Part shown: one piece after another, positions 22,143 to 31,844 of the stretch | How positions within the stretch are numbered: the stretch's first letter is position 1 | How the letters are laid out: the number at the start of each line of letters is the position of its first letter | Assembly (NCBI GenBank): GCA_964229355.1 | Contig: CAXRDE010000023.1 | Span: forward strand, 195,125-259,124 | Direction of reading: 5' to 3' | Source of the DNA: Candidatus Sericytochromatia bacterium | GTDB lineage: Bacteria > Cyanobacteriota > Sericytochromatia > UBA7694 | Length of the DNA: 64,000 bases | Program-made: the position numbers and the translations under genes | Notes under the pieces: model-generated | Databases searched by the model: none | Told to the model about the DNA's origin: nothing | The model's input: only the letters and a program-made list of their open reading frames with translations

Positions 22143-24047
22143 CTAGCGGATCAAGCTGTTCAAATCGTCAGTGATTAAATTATGGGTACTGATAATTTTT
22201 GAGATCGACGAGAATACTTTCTGGGCAATGCTCAACATGGGAATATATTCTGTGAGGGAAGCCTCAGAAGCTTCCAGGGCGTTTTGCGTCACAAAGGTGC
22301 GCGGGCGTTTGCCATGCACCGTATTCGATAACTCTACGTTACCCACATCAGAGACTCCCACGGATACCATTTCACCGGTGGTTTGGGTATTGGTGGTGTT
22401 CTTAAAGTCGGCATAAAGGCTTTCTGCACGCAGAATATTTCCACCGTTACGCAGCGTTAAAAATCCAGCCAGATTTTCGCCTGAAGAAGTCACATTAAAG
22501 GTGGCCACTGGACCGTTATCGATGCTGATTGAGATCTGCTGGTTACGATCCAGGCGAATCGCCACGCGATGCGAGGCTGCAGCATCTAAGTCAGCACTGG
22601 TGACACCCGCACCAATTGCTCCGATGTTAACTGCGGCGGCCAGAGGAACAGCAACTAAACCGGGGCCATATCCATCGGGACGCTGGCGGAGCACGACGTT
22701 ACCTGTGTTGGGGTTATATTGCAGCTCATACCCTCCCGAGTTAAACGAGTGCGGGTCATTTTGTCCAAACCCGAAGGTCACAATCCCGCCGTTGGTTACT
22801 TTCAAGTCCATAACCACATCAAACTGCTCGGTAGAAGAGGACTCTGAGATAATCATACTTCCGCCTGCAAAAGGTGCTACGGCTTCAGATTGAACATAAC
22901 CCGCCGTTTTGTTATGGGTATAAACAGGCAATGGATTAACGATCTGCTGTAAGGTCGGAGCCACAGCCCCCAGCATATTTTGACCGAATTGGTTAGCAGC
23001 CGGATTGCTAGAAATATCTTTAATATAGTTTTCAGCGCTGTTGTCAATGTCATCGCGACTGCGTATAAAGCGGCTGTCATTTCCCCCAAAAGCATAAACA
23101 TCTTGATAGGGATTGTCCAACTTAAAGAAACGGGCCAGAGCCAGTCCATTGGTTCCACTAAAAGCAATACGGTTATTAGCACCACCAGCTACAGTATTCT
23201 CAATAGAAAGACGGTCAGTGACCTCATCATAGGTAGCCGTTACGCCTGCCACACCGTTCAGCAACGTCAGAATATCATCAAGGGTTTGGCTGGGTACATC
23301 AGGAATAACCAGGGAACCATTTGCACCAAAATCAATGGTAGCGTCCGCATCAAGAACACTCGGTGGCAAAGCAGTAGAATAAATAAAACCCGGATCATCT
23401 ACAGTGGGAATAAAAATAGGATCATCATACACAAAGGTAATCCCATCGGTTCCGATGGAAAAGTCGTTTTTCACACGGGTGGTCAAATTGCCATCAATTT
23501 CAAACACGGTGGAGCCATACTGAGACATGCGCAGGTTATCGCGGTTCGCAAAGTCCAAAAGCAAAAAGTTTTTATTGCCATAGGTATCCAGCTCAGCAGA
23601 ATAACCGTCTTTATGAAAAATATCGCTTTGATCTTGCGGATCAAAACGAATGTAGTCGCGCCCGGCAGAAACCACTTTGAGTCCAGCGCTATTGACCAGA
23701 TACCCTTCGTTATCCCAGTGAAACTCACCGTCACGACTGACGTAATATTTATTGGAGCTTTCATTGTGCAAAACGAAGAAACCGTCGCCATTTAAAGCAA
23801 AGTGAGTGGACGCGTCAGAATTAACAACCGAACCCTGCCCCCACTCCACCTGGGTAGACTGAACGGTTAGGGTTGAAGGCGGAATCTGTAGATTCCCGGC
23901 AACGGAGTTAATCCCCAGACCGTCGGTAAAATTCGCTCGGGTGGTCTTGTAACCGGTGCGATTTGCACTTTGTAAATTTCCGTTAATCACGCCAATCCAT
24001 TGATTAACCGCAACCAGAGAATTAATCCCTATTCTATCGAGTGACAT
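22143..24047 (-). CDS. flagellar hook/rod family protein (FlgE-like, 634 aa)
   Basis: N-terminus GINSLVAVNQWIGVINGNLQSANRTGYKTTRANF matches the flg_bb_rod motif. The next block (STQVEWGQGSVVNSDASTHFALNGDGFFVL) follows the usual FlgE/FlgG spacing from the N-terminal motif. C-terminus LEASEASLTEYIPMLSIAQKVFSSISKIISTHNLITDDLNSLIR matches the FlgE/FlgG C-terminal helix. There is a large central insertion. Confidence 0.7.
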   Translation of the reverse strand: MSLDRIGINSLVAVNQWIGVINGNLQSANRTGYKTTRANFTDGLGINSVAGNLQIPPSTLTVQSTQVEWGQGSVVNSDASTHFALNGDGFFVLHNESSNKYYVSRDGEFHWDNEGYLVNSAGLKVVSAGRDYIRFDPQDQSDIFHKDGYSAELDTYGNKNFLLLDFANRDNLRMSQYGSTVFEIDGNLTTRVKNDFSIGTDGITFVYDDPIFIPTVDDPGFIYSTALPPSVLDADATIDFGANGSLVIPDVPSQTLDDILTLLNGVAGVTATYDEVTDRLSIENTVAGGANNRIAFSGTNGLALARFFKLDNPYQDVYAFGGNDSRFIRSRDDIDNSAENYIKDISSNPAANQFGQNMLGAVAPTLQQIVNPLPVYTHNKTAGYVQSEAVAPFAGGSMIISESSSTEQFDVVMDLKVTNGGIVTFGFGQNDPHSFNSGGYELQYNPNTGNVVLRQRPDGYGPGLVAVPLAAAVNIGAIGAGVTSADLDAAASHRVAIRLDRNQQISISIDNGPVATFNVTSSGENLAGFLTLRNGGNILRAESLYADFKNTTNTQTTGEMVSVGVSDVGNVELSNTVHGKRPRTFVTQNALEASEASLTEYIPMLSIAQKVFSSISKIISTHNLITDDLNSLIR

Positions 24048-24195
24048 ACATGACCCTTCCGTGTGCGAAAATACATTTCCATCATCATAACATTTCTTTT
24101 ATCATAGCAATTTTATACAGGATAACTCACCAGAAGAAAACCATTATTTAACACAATAACAACGTAAACAACGATTTTTAATCATTTTTTAAAAA

Positions 24196-26535
24196 TTAAC
24201 GGATTAAGCTGTTCATATCGTCCTGCATGGCGTTGCTGACACTAATGATTTTTGAAATGGAACCAAACACTTTCTGCGCCAGCCCCAACATGGGCAAATA
24301 CTCCGTTAAAGAAGCAGTAGAGCTCTCTAAAGCAGACTGAATGACACGGGTACTACTCTGGTTGTAAATGGCGTCATTGACTTCTTTGCGGGCATAAGCT
24401 TTAACACTGGTAGATATCATGGCCCCCGTGGCGTAGTGGTTGTATTGGGATTTGAAATCCGCATACATATTGTAGAGTTCGAGACGGTTCTGATAATGCC
24501 CCAGCGTCAAATAACCAATGCGGTCTGAAATATCGCCCAACAGCGAAAAAGACTGACTCACCCCGTCCACAGAGAAACTGAGTTCCCCGGCCTTGTCTAA
24601 TCGCACAGCAAAACGGTGCGGAGAGCCCCCCAGACCACTAATCACCGGTAAAGCCCCGGGAGCGCTATTGATTAAAACCGGAACGCCATTGGGATCCAGT
24701 TCTCGCTGAAAGAGGTAGACATCACCGGTTCCTGGATGATACTGCAAGGTGAAACCACCTGAATCTATCTGCCCCGGACGCTTCTGACCAAAATGCAATT
24801 CAATGAAAGACGCGTCGGTTTGCAAGTCCATGACCAGATCAAACTGCCCTGTGGCCTGGGCATGAGAAATCCCGAGAAAGCTGCGCTCTCCGTCAGCGAT
24901 CACCACATTGTTGAGTTTGTCATGGGTATAAGTGGCCGGAATACCCGAAGGATCAAAAACAGGCGTTGTATTGTCCGTCAGGTTGAGATGTTGATTAAAG
25001 GATCGTGTGGGCACCATCGCTGCCGTAATATCTAAACTGTGCTCACCGGGCACCGCTGAGTCCAGTACCCGAGAATTATCAATATCCTGGGTGCTGAGCA
25101 AACGGGAGCCAAAGAATACACCCTGTGATTCGAATTGTGGCGTTGCTCTATCCAGTTGAAAGAATTGTGCCAGAGCCTGGCCATTAGGCCCTTCAAAGAT
25201 AATACGTGTGTCTGGACGAATCATTTGCGCCAGAGGCATACTGGCCGCATCTTGCGGTGTAATTTGCGCAAAGGTGTTGGCAGAGGGTGGACTGTTATCG
25301 ATATTGCTCGTGCTGGTGATATTCTGCGCTCCGCCCCCGGTACTGGCAGAAAAAGGTGCCACATTAAAAAAGTCGGCGATGGCATCTCCGTTAATGCCAT
25401 CAAAACGGATACTATTATCTCCAATGGCCCCCGTGGTGTTGTTGAGCACCAACTGACGGGTCACCGTATTAAAACTGGCAGTAACATTCACGCCGTTCAC
25501 CGTAGCATAACGGTTAATTTCCTGCACAATCTGGTCAATGGTGGTGCGCTGGGGATCAAAACCCTGAAAGGTAAAAAAGCCGTTGTCTCCAAAATCAATG
25601 GCAAAATTACCCAGACGAAAATTGGGGTCCGCCACTTTGGGCTCTGCCAGATTCCGAATCTCTAAGCGATCGCTCACGGGGTCATAATCGGCGGTAATGG
25701 GGACATTGTTTGAAGTCCCGTAGAGATCAATGGCATTTTCCACATCGCGAATGGTGTGAACGGCAGGATCAAATTCAGACCCAAACACCGTTGCAAAGTC
25801 AAAAACACCGTTATTGCCCAAACGAATCCGAAAATTGGAAGACTCTGGCAACAAGGGATTAAAAGGTGCAAAACGGGGAATTTCCCGATTCCCCACATAA
25901 GGCAATTGCTTGGGGTCACTGTAAATAAACGTGAGGCCATCCGTACTGGTGTCAAAATTATTGTCAACCCGTAGGGGCAAGTCCCCGTCCACCTCAAACA
26001 CCGTGGCCCCATATTTTGAAAAACGCAGGCCGTCACGATTGGCCACGTCCACCACCATCAGGCTTTTATCGCCATAGCGCGCCAGTTGTTGTGATTCGCC
26101 GTCCGGGTCAAACAGATCAGATAAATCCTGGTTTCCTTTGCGCACAAAGTCCTGGCCGTTCGATAAGACGCGCAAGCCATTGCTGTTGCGTAAATAACCC
26201 TGGCCATCCCAGTGAAACTCGCCATCTCGGGTCAAAAAATATTTTCCGAGATCATCCACGAGCACAAAGAACCCCTGACCCTGTAATGCAAAATGGGCAG
26301 AAGAGTCTGAATTGCGCACCGAACCCTGCGCCCACTCTAAAGTGGTGGCTTGCACCCGCAAGGTGGGCGAGGGCACCTGAAAATTGGCCCATGTATTCAC
26401 GCTGCTATCCAGTAAAGAAACGCGGGTGGGCTTATAGGCAGTGCGGGAGGCGCCGTTCATATTGGCGCTGATTGTACTCATCCAGGAGTTAACGGCCAAT
26501 AGCCCGTTGACTCCAAGTTGTCCAAGGGTCCCCAT
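24196..26535 (-). CDS. flagellar hook/rod family protein (FlgE-like paralog, 779 aa)
   Basis: Same N-terminal (GVNGLLAVNSWMSTISANMNGASRTAYKPTRVSL ... AHFALQGQGFFVL) and C-terminal (LESSTASLTEYLPMLGLAQKVFGSISKIISVSNAMQDDMNSLIR) blocks as the neighbouring paralog. Its central region is even larger. Confidence 0.7.
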   Translation of the reverse strand: MGTLGQLGVNGLLAVNSWMSTISANMNGASRTAYKPTRVSLLDSSVNTWANFQVPSPTLRVQATTLEWAQGSVRNSDSSAHFALQGQGFFVLVDDLGKYFLTRDGEFHWDGQGYLRNSNGLRVLSNGQDFVRKGNQDLSDLFDPDGESQQLARYGDKSLMVVDVANRDGLRFSKYGATVFEVDGDLPLRVDNNFDTSTDGLTFIYSDPKQLPYVGNREIPRFAPFNPLLPESSNFRIRLGNNGVFDFATVFGSEFDPAVHTIRDVENAIDLYGTSNNVPITADYDPVSDRLEIRNLAEPKVADPNFRLGNFAIDFGDNGFFTFQGFDPQRTTIDQIVQEINRYATVNGVNVTASFNTVTRQLVLNNTTGAIGDNSIRFDGINGDAIADFFNVAPFSASTGGGAQNITSTSNIDNSPPSANTFAQITPQDAASMPLAQMIRPDTRIIFEGPNGQALAQFFQLDRATPQFESQGVFFGSRLLSTQDIDNSRVLDSAVPGEHSLDITAAMVPTRSFNQHLNLTDNTTPVFDPSGIPATYTHDKLNNVVIADGERSFLGISHAQATGQFDLVMDLQTDASFIELHFGQKRPGQIDSGGFTLQYHPGTGDVYLFQRELDPNGVPVLINSAPGALPVISGLGGSPHRFAVRLDKAGELSFSVDGVSQSFSLLGDISDRIGYLTLGHYQNRLELYNMYADFKSQYNHYATGAMISTSVKAYARKEVNDAIYNQSSTRVIQSALESSTASLTEYLPMLGLAQKVFGSISKIISVSNAMQDDMNSLIR

Positions 26536-26546
26536 GGTTGTATCCT

Positions 26547-27956
26547 TTATATCTTATGATCGAACCGCGAAGAGGGTCTCTGTTTTATCTTTTCTTCCGT
26601 TAAAACCGGTGGCGAGGGCACAGAAGCAACAGTATCCAGCCGTTCCAGATGCCAAAGTGGGTTGACCCGTTGATCACTGCTGAGCATCCACTGGTCAAGA
26701 ACATCTAAAAAGCCAGACAAGGCCTTCGTCCATGCTTCACCATCGGTCTGGAAAAGCCGTTCCTGTTGGGTAAGGGTTTCTAAAGCCGCCTGCAAATCCG
26801 GCTCTACCGTTAGCAAAGGAATGTACTGCCGCGCTAACCCTAACCATTCAGCAAGCTGCTCAATGTTCTTATTATACTCCACCTCAGGAGATTCCAGATC
26901 CAAAGGCGTTAAGCCCAAATAATGTGCTGCATGAGGGGAGACTTCAGACAGCTTTAGGGAGGTTTCAAGATCTTGAGCCTGAATACACAACGCCCCGTTT
27001 ACCAGTTCAAAGGAAATCCCCTGAGCGTTCACCTGAGGCTCAAGCAAAGCGAGCCATTCAGTCACAGAATTTACGCCTTCAAAACCCGTATAATGTTGAC
27101 CGTTTAAAGAAAATGAAATATCCATTTTTTGCTTCATATCTTGCAAATTCAAGGTATAAATGGGGGTTCCTGTTAAAGACTGAGGCAAGGGCTTTACCGA
27201 AAGGCCCATGGGAAACTCCAGCTGCAAACGGCCATCTTCCCACAGGATAGGCTCTGCAAACCCCTGACGGCGCAACTCATTTTCAAAAAGGTTTTGAACC
27301 TCAGCCTCCGTCAATGAGGCCACATAGGGAATCTGACATCCATAAACCCGCGACCCGATCTCGTAAGGTCCCCAAATCAAAAAAGGGGTTTCTCCTGCCT
27401 CATACTCCCAGGAGCTAAAGGTAGCGGGTAAGGGTAACTCCCCTTCACTTGTCGCCGTAAACGCACCGGTTATATTCCAGCCCGCCCTGGGAGCCATCGC
27501 ACTCAGCAAAATGCCCGAACCTTGCACCTGGACATCCCAGCCCAGCATTTGGAGATCACACTGCAGTAAGGCTGCCCAATAGTTCAAGACTTGCTTATAA
27601 GCCCGACCCTGTGCAAAAGTTTGACACACGGCACCCGGTAGTATCAGCTCCAGGGCATCAGATTCCCCCGGCGGGAAAAACGAGAGATTTAAATCAGGCA
27701 AGCGATAGGCTGCACTATTTTCGAGCCGCCAATGGGAAAGGTCGATATAAGCCTGGGCACAACGCCCCTGTAAAGGCGGCAACTCAAAGGCTTCAGAGGA
27801 CTTTACCCGATAGGTTTTCTGCGCAGGCCATTGCACAGGAGACGAAAAACAATATGCCACAGGAACCCGTGCGTGCCGCATCTGAAGCTCCGATAAAAGC
27901 TGATGACCTTTATGGAGTAAAATTAACAGTCGTGGACGAAGTGAAAAACTACTCAT
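26547..27956 (-). CDS. hypothetical protein translationally coupled to the FlgE-like gene
   Basis: 469 aa with no recognisable motif. Its stop is 11 nt upstream of the flgE-like ATG, and an AAGGA SD for the downstream gene lies inside its 3' end. An extended -10 (TGTTATAAT) sits 8 nt upstream of its ATG. Confidence 0.45.
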   Translation of the reverse strand: MSSFSLRPRLLILLHKGHQLLSELQMRHARVPVAYCFSSPVQWPAQKTYRVKSSEAFELPPLQGRCAQAYIDLSHWRLENSAAYRLPDLNLSFFPPGESDALELILPGAVCQTFAQGRAYKQVLNYWAALLQCDLQMLGWDVQVQGSGILLSAMAPRAGWNITGAFTATSEGELPLPATFSSWEYEAGETPFLIWGPYEIGSRVYGCQIPYVASLTEAEVQNLFENELRRQGFAEPILWEDGRLQLEFPMGLSVKPLPQSLTGTPIYTLNLQDMKQKMDISFSLNGQHYTGFEGVNSVTEWLALLEPQVNAQGISFELVNGALCIQAQDLETSLKLSEVSPHAAHYLGLTPLDLESPEVEYNKNIEQLAEWLGLARQYIPLLTVEPDLQAALETLTQQERLFQTDGEAWTKALSGFLDVLDQWMLSSDQRVNPLWHLERLDTVASVPSPPVLTEEKIKQRPSSRFDHKI

Positions 27957-28004
27957 TGCTTATGATTATAACAAGTTCGCCAAAAAAAATGGCAAAATAA
28001 AGCT

Positions 28005-29342
28005 ATGCAGCATTTATGGATTCTACAGGTCAATCCAGACCAGCTTTCTCTGGCTCTGTGGCTTGAACAAATACAACAGGGGCAACACCCCGCCGAAGGC
28101 ACGTGGCGACTTTCTCGGTTTCGCGATCACATCAACGCAGGAGATATACTCTGGTTCTGGCAGTCCGGTGAAGGCCTCATCGCGCAGGCAGAGTGCTTGA
28201 CAACAGCCCATCGCAGCCACGAAGATCCCGAGTTCAATTGGGAAATCGGCTACCGTTTGACCCACCAATGTATCCCTGTGCTTTCCCGTGCTTTCTTTCA
28301 GGAACTGGCGTCTCTTTCTCACATCAACTTTTTTAAGCGTCCCCAGGGCAATATCTTCAAAGTCCCCCCCGAATACACTCAGCTTTTAAGAGACAAAGCA
28401 CACCCCCATCTCCACAAGCTGAGCGTGCCCACTTCTGTTTTTTGGCCCGAGATCGCCCAGACCCTTCGCAAAACAGGCCTGGACCTTGAGGATCGGTCTG
28501 TAAGGCAGTACCATATGGCGCTAAAGAGCCATAGCCTGGTCATTTTGACCGGCCGCAGTGGCGTGGGAAAAAGCTGGCTCACGCGGGCTTACGCGCAGGC
28601 CGCCGGTGCGGCCTATCTTTTGGTGCCTGTGGCGCCGAATTGGATGGGGCCTGAGGATTTTTTAGGCTATTATAATGCGGTGAGCAGCGAATTTATACCC
28701 ACCGTCAGCAGTCAGTTTATTACCCAGGCCGCTCAAGAGTGGCATCAAGCCCAGCAAGAAGAAAGGCCTCCCCGGGCCTATCACCTGGTGCTTGACGAAA
28801 TGAACCTGGCCCGTACCGAATCTTACTTTGCTCCTTTGCTGTCCCTTTTAGAGGTGCGCCGCAGAGGAGAACAGACGTTTTACCAGCGCCTGGGGGCTGA
28901 AGACCTCGAAATTCCGCCAAATCTCTTTTGCATTGGCACCGCCAACACCGAAGACCAACGTCTCCATTTTTCAGAACGCATTGCCGATCGAGCTTTTGTG
29001 ATTACCCTTGTACCTTCAGCCATTCGTTTAGCGGACTTTTTTACCCCCCCTGAAGTGGCTTTGCTTCAAAATTTTTGGCAACCCCTAAGTCAATGTTTTC
29101 ACTTGAGTTACCGTACCTTGACGGATATACAAACTTACCTGCATCAGGCCCGTATCCATCAGGTGCCCCTCTCAGAAGCCCTGGATGAAGTCCTGGCCCA
29201 GAAAGTTTTTCATCGCCTTTCAACGGTGCCTGTGCATAGGCTACAGGCGTTAAAACATGCCTTGCCCCAGTCTTTTACGCTGTCCCATTTCGCGTTAAAC
29301 CAGCAACAACAGGGCCATTTTTCTTTGTATGCTGAACCTTAA
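28005..29342 (+). CDS. PUA/EVE-like domain fused to McrB-family AAA+ GTPase
   Basis: N-terminal ~130 aa: HLWILQVNP...GTWRLSRFRDHINAGDILWFWQSGEGLIAQAECL, an EVE/PUA-like pattern. The core aligns block-by-block with the E. coli McrB GTPase. Walker A is LTGRSGVGKS. VPVAPNWMGPEDFLGYY aligns with QFHQSYSYEDFI. LVLDEMNLARTESYFAPLLSLLE aligns with IIDEINRANLSKVFGE. IGTANTEDQR aligns with IGLMNTADRS. DRAF aligns with RRRF. Confidence 0.75.
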   Translation: MQHLWILQVNPDQLSLALWLEQIQQGQHPAEGTWRLSRFRDHINAGDILWFWQSGEGLIAQAECLTTAHRSHEDPEFNWEIGYRLTHQCIPVLSRAFFQELASLSHINFFKRPQGNIFKVPPEYTQLLRDKAHPHLHKLSVPTSVFWPEIAQTLRKTGLDLEDRSVRQYHMALKSHSLVILTGRSGVGKSWLTRAYAQAAGAAYLLVPVAPNWMGPEDFLGYYNAVSSEFIPTVSSQFITQAAQEWHQAQQEERPPRAYHLVLDEMNLARTESYFAPLLSLLEVRRRGEQTFYQRLGAEDLEIPPNLFCIGTANTEDQRLHFSERIADRAFVITLVPSAIRLADFFTPPEVALLQNFWQPLSQCFHLSYRTLTDIQTYLHQARIHQVPLSEALDEVLAQKVFHRLSTVPVHRLQALKHALPQSFTLSHFALNQQQQGHFSLYAEP

Positions 29343-30858
29343 ACTCTCATGGTTCGATGAGCGCGCACGCGTGATGTTGCACCCGGCCCCCTGGCAAAGC
29401 GCCCATCTTGAACTGGCAGATATTCCAGATCATTATGCCTGGCAAGATCTCCGCTTGTATACGCATCCCCTCAGTGCCGAAGCAACCCCTGTTTATCTCA
29501 AAAAGAAGCAAAAGCCCTACTTTCACCTGCACGCCGACTGGATGGCTGCAGAACCCGGCATGCATCATATGCGTCTGGTACACACCGCTCAACCCCAGGT
29601 TCCTCTCTGGGAAACCCATTTTTTTCTCGCAGCTCCGCCTTTAACGGAGGATCTGTGGTTAAAAATCCTGCAAGAGACCTATGAGCAAAGCCACCTGCGG
29701 TTTCAGCCTCAGCCACGGGTCCCCTTTCATGCGCAACCTGCTTTGAAACATACGCCCCCCAATATTATAAGCGAGTTCCACACCCTTTTTTCTCTCCTCG
29801 CTTATGAGCCAGGCTTACAAAACAGCCTAAAGCACCTTCCTTTTAACCCCGCGTTACAGTGGACGCCATTGTATCGCCTGCAAAAAGTATCACCTGCTCT
29901 CTTGTTTCGTCACGTGTCTGCGCAACCCTTACATACAACGGTTTTAGAAACCCGAACACGACCCGAAGTGCCACTGGCAAACTATGTAAGTTTTCTTGTT
30001 CAGGCTTTACTTTCTCGCCTTAAACATCTCTGTTATTTGCTTCCCCAATCCTTAAAAACCCATCCTTTTTTAATCGAGCACCTTCAGAGCATGGGGCGGC
30101 AGGGCACGCTACTCTGGCAAGCCTGGCAACACCATCCTTATGCCAAAGCGTTGCCCCAATGGGGGCCCCATGCCCTCGCTGAATTAGAAGCCCTGGTAGC
30201 CCAAACCCCGGCCCTGAAGGTCTGGGTACACTGCGCCCAATGTCTCACAATGAGCGTCAGGCCCGATTTAGCCCCCCATTATATCGCCATGGGTTATCAG
30301 GGATTTGGATATGTCTATCAAAGCTGGTGTACCGCTTTGCTTAAAAGCAGCTTACACAACGCCCTGCTACCCAGAGGCTGGCAAAGCGTAGCGGTACACC
30401 ACGACCCCAAAACCCTGTGCTGGGAACACATCGAAACGGGTCAGCGTCTGGCGTTACGGGCAGAGCAACGCTTTTTACCTGAAGGCCCCGGGCAAAGTGG
30501 CCCCTTCAGTATCAGTCGGGGTCAACAGCCCGATGTGTGTTTGCTCTGGTTTAAAGACATAGACCACTGGCTGCGGTTTTCACCCCACAAGGGCCTGGTG
30601 TTTGAAATTAAGTTTCGGCAAGAGGGACTTCGTCCTCGCAAAATCGATTTGGACCGACTGCATGCTTATCGCGATGCGATATACACACAAATAGACGGCA
30701 ACAACACCCCACTTTTCAGGGGCGGTGCCCTCCTTTATCCGGGACAGCACGAAAATTACCCTCCCGGCCTACAGGCACTGACCTGTTTACCCGCGAAGGA
30801 ACTCAAGCTAGAATACCTGCTCGCTTTACTGCTTACTCCAATTACTGCTCAAACCTAA
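29329..30858 (+). CDS. McrC-like PD-(D/E)xK nuclease partner
   Basis: 509 aa. It overlaps the upstream McrB-like gene by 14 nt. The C-terminal region QQPDVCLLWFKDIDHWLRFSPHKGLVFEIKFRQ has a PD...D...ExK arrangement like the McrC nuclease core. The N-terminal ~400 aa has no other recognisable domain. Confidence 0.55.
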   Translation: MLNLKLSWFDERARVMLHPAPWQSAHLELADIPDHYAWQDLRLYTHPLSAEATPVYLKKKQKPYFHLHADWMAAEPGMHHMRLVHTAQPQVPLWETHFFLAAPPLTEDLWLKILQETYEQSHLRFQPQPRVPFHAQPALKHTPPNIISEFHTLFSLLAYEPGLQNSLKHLPFNPALQWTPLYRLQKVSPALLFRHVSAQPLHTTVLETRTRPEVPLANYVSFLVQALLSRLKHLCYLLPQSLKTHPFLIEHLQSMGRQGTLLWQAWQHHPYAKALPQWGPHALAELEALVAQTPALKVWVHCAQCLTMSVRPDLAPHYIAMGYQGFGYVYQSWCTALLKSSLHNALLPRGWQSVAVHHDPKTLCWEHIETGQRLALRAEQRFLPEGPGQSGPFSISRGQQPDVCLLWFKDIDHWLRFSPHKGLVFEIKFRQEGLRPRKIDLDRLHAYRDAIYTQIDGNNTPLFRGGALLYPGQHENYPPGLQALTCLPAKELKLEYLLALLLTPITAQT

Positions 30859-30869
30859 GGAACAGCACC

Positions 30870-31787
30870 ATGAATACCCCCTCAACCCGACACAGTTTTA
30901 CCCTTCAAGTCCCCGCCACCACAGCGAACCTGGGGGCCGGCTATGATCTCCTGGGTGTGGCCCTGCAATACTATAATCAGCTGCATTTTCAGCTCAGCGA
31001 TCACTATGCCATGACCTTATCAGGACCTTATGGCAAGTCTCGTTTTCAGCTAGATGAAAAAAGTCTCATCTGGAAAGGCGTGGAACGGGTCTACCGCGCC
31101 GTCCAACGTCCCATGCCCTGTTTTAAGGTTGAGCAGCACATTGCCATTCCCCCATCCCGCGGTCTGGGCAGCAGTTCAAGCGCAATTGTGGCAGGACTCT
31201 ATGCGGCCAATCTCTGGTTAGACGAACCTTTCCGCAAAGAAGAGCTGCTGGTTTTCGCGACCGAAATCGAAGGGCATGCGGACAACGTGGCTCCCGCGTT
31301 ATTGGGGGGAGCCATCCTAAATTTCCCCGGTCAAACCCAGCCTTTTACCCGCCTGCCGGTGCCTGAACACTTGCACTGGGGGGTGTGTATTCCTGACTTC
31401 ACTTTAGAAACCCGTGTGGCCCGTGAAGTGATTCCCACCCATATTCCCCTGGCCGACGCCATTACCAACCTCAGCTATTTAAGTGCGTTTCTTGTGGGGC
31501 TACACACCGGGCAACCCGCACTCATCGCTCAGGGGATGCACGATCGCTTACACCAACCCTATCGACAGACTCTGGTACCGGGCATGCAGGCGGTGATGGA
31601 GACCGCCTGTGCCTCAGGTGCCCTGGGTTGCGTGCTCAGCGGTGCGGGCCCCAGCCTTTTGGTACTGGGGACTGAGCCCCTGACATCTGTGGGTCATAAG
31701 ATGTGCCAAATCTGGAAAAAACACCAAATCGAAGCACAGTTTGTGACCTGTCTTATTGACCTGAATGGGGTTGTCTGTCTAGACTGA
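30870..31787 (+). CDS. thrB: homoserine kinase
   Basis: N-terminal PATTANLGAGYDLLGVAL and the GHMP motif PPSRGLGSSSSAIVAG. An AAGGAA SD is present. It starts 11 nt after the McrC-like stop. Confidence 0.85.
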   Translation: MNTPSTRHSFTLQVPATTANLGAGYDLLGVALQYYNQLHFQLSDHYAMTLSGPYGKSRFQLDEKSLIWKGVERVYRAVQRPMPCFKVEQHIAIPPSRGLGSSSSAIVAGLYAANLWLDEPFRKEELLVFATEIEGHADNVAPALLGGAILNFPGQTQPFTRLPVPEHLHWGVCIPDFTLETRVAREVIPTHIPLADAITNLSYLSAFLVGLHTGQPALIAQGMHDRLHQPYRQTLVPGMQAVMETACASGALGCVLSGAGPSLLVLGTEPLTSVGHKMCQIWKKHQIEAQFVTCLIDLNGVVCLD

Positions 31788-31844
31788 TAGCGATACTTTT
31801 CGTTAAGTAAAAGTAAAAAACCTTAAATCGAAGTAAAACCGACT

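Noticed and set aside
22980-23795. 271-aa plus-strand ORF (and several 70-180-aa ORFs, for example 25135..25665 and 26016..26471) antisense to the flgE-like genes
   Set aside because: They lie entirely inside better-supported minus-strand genes with recognisable family motifs. They are Ile/Asn/Lys-rich low-complexity translations typical of antisense frames in a GC-skewed coding strand.
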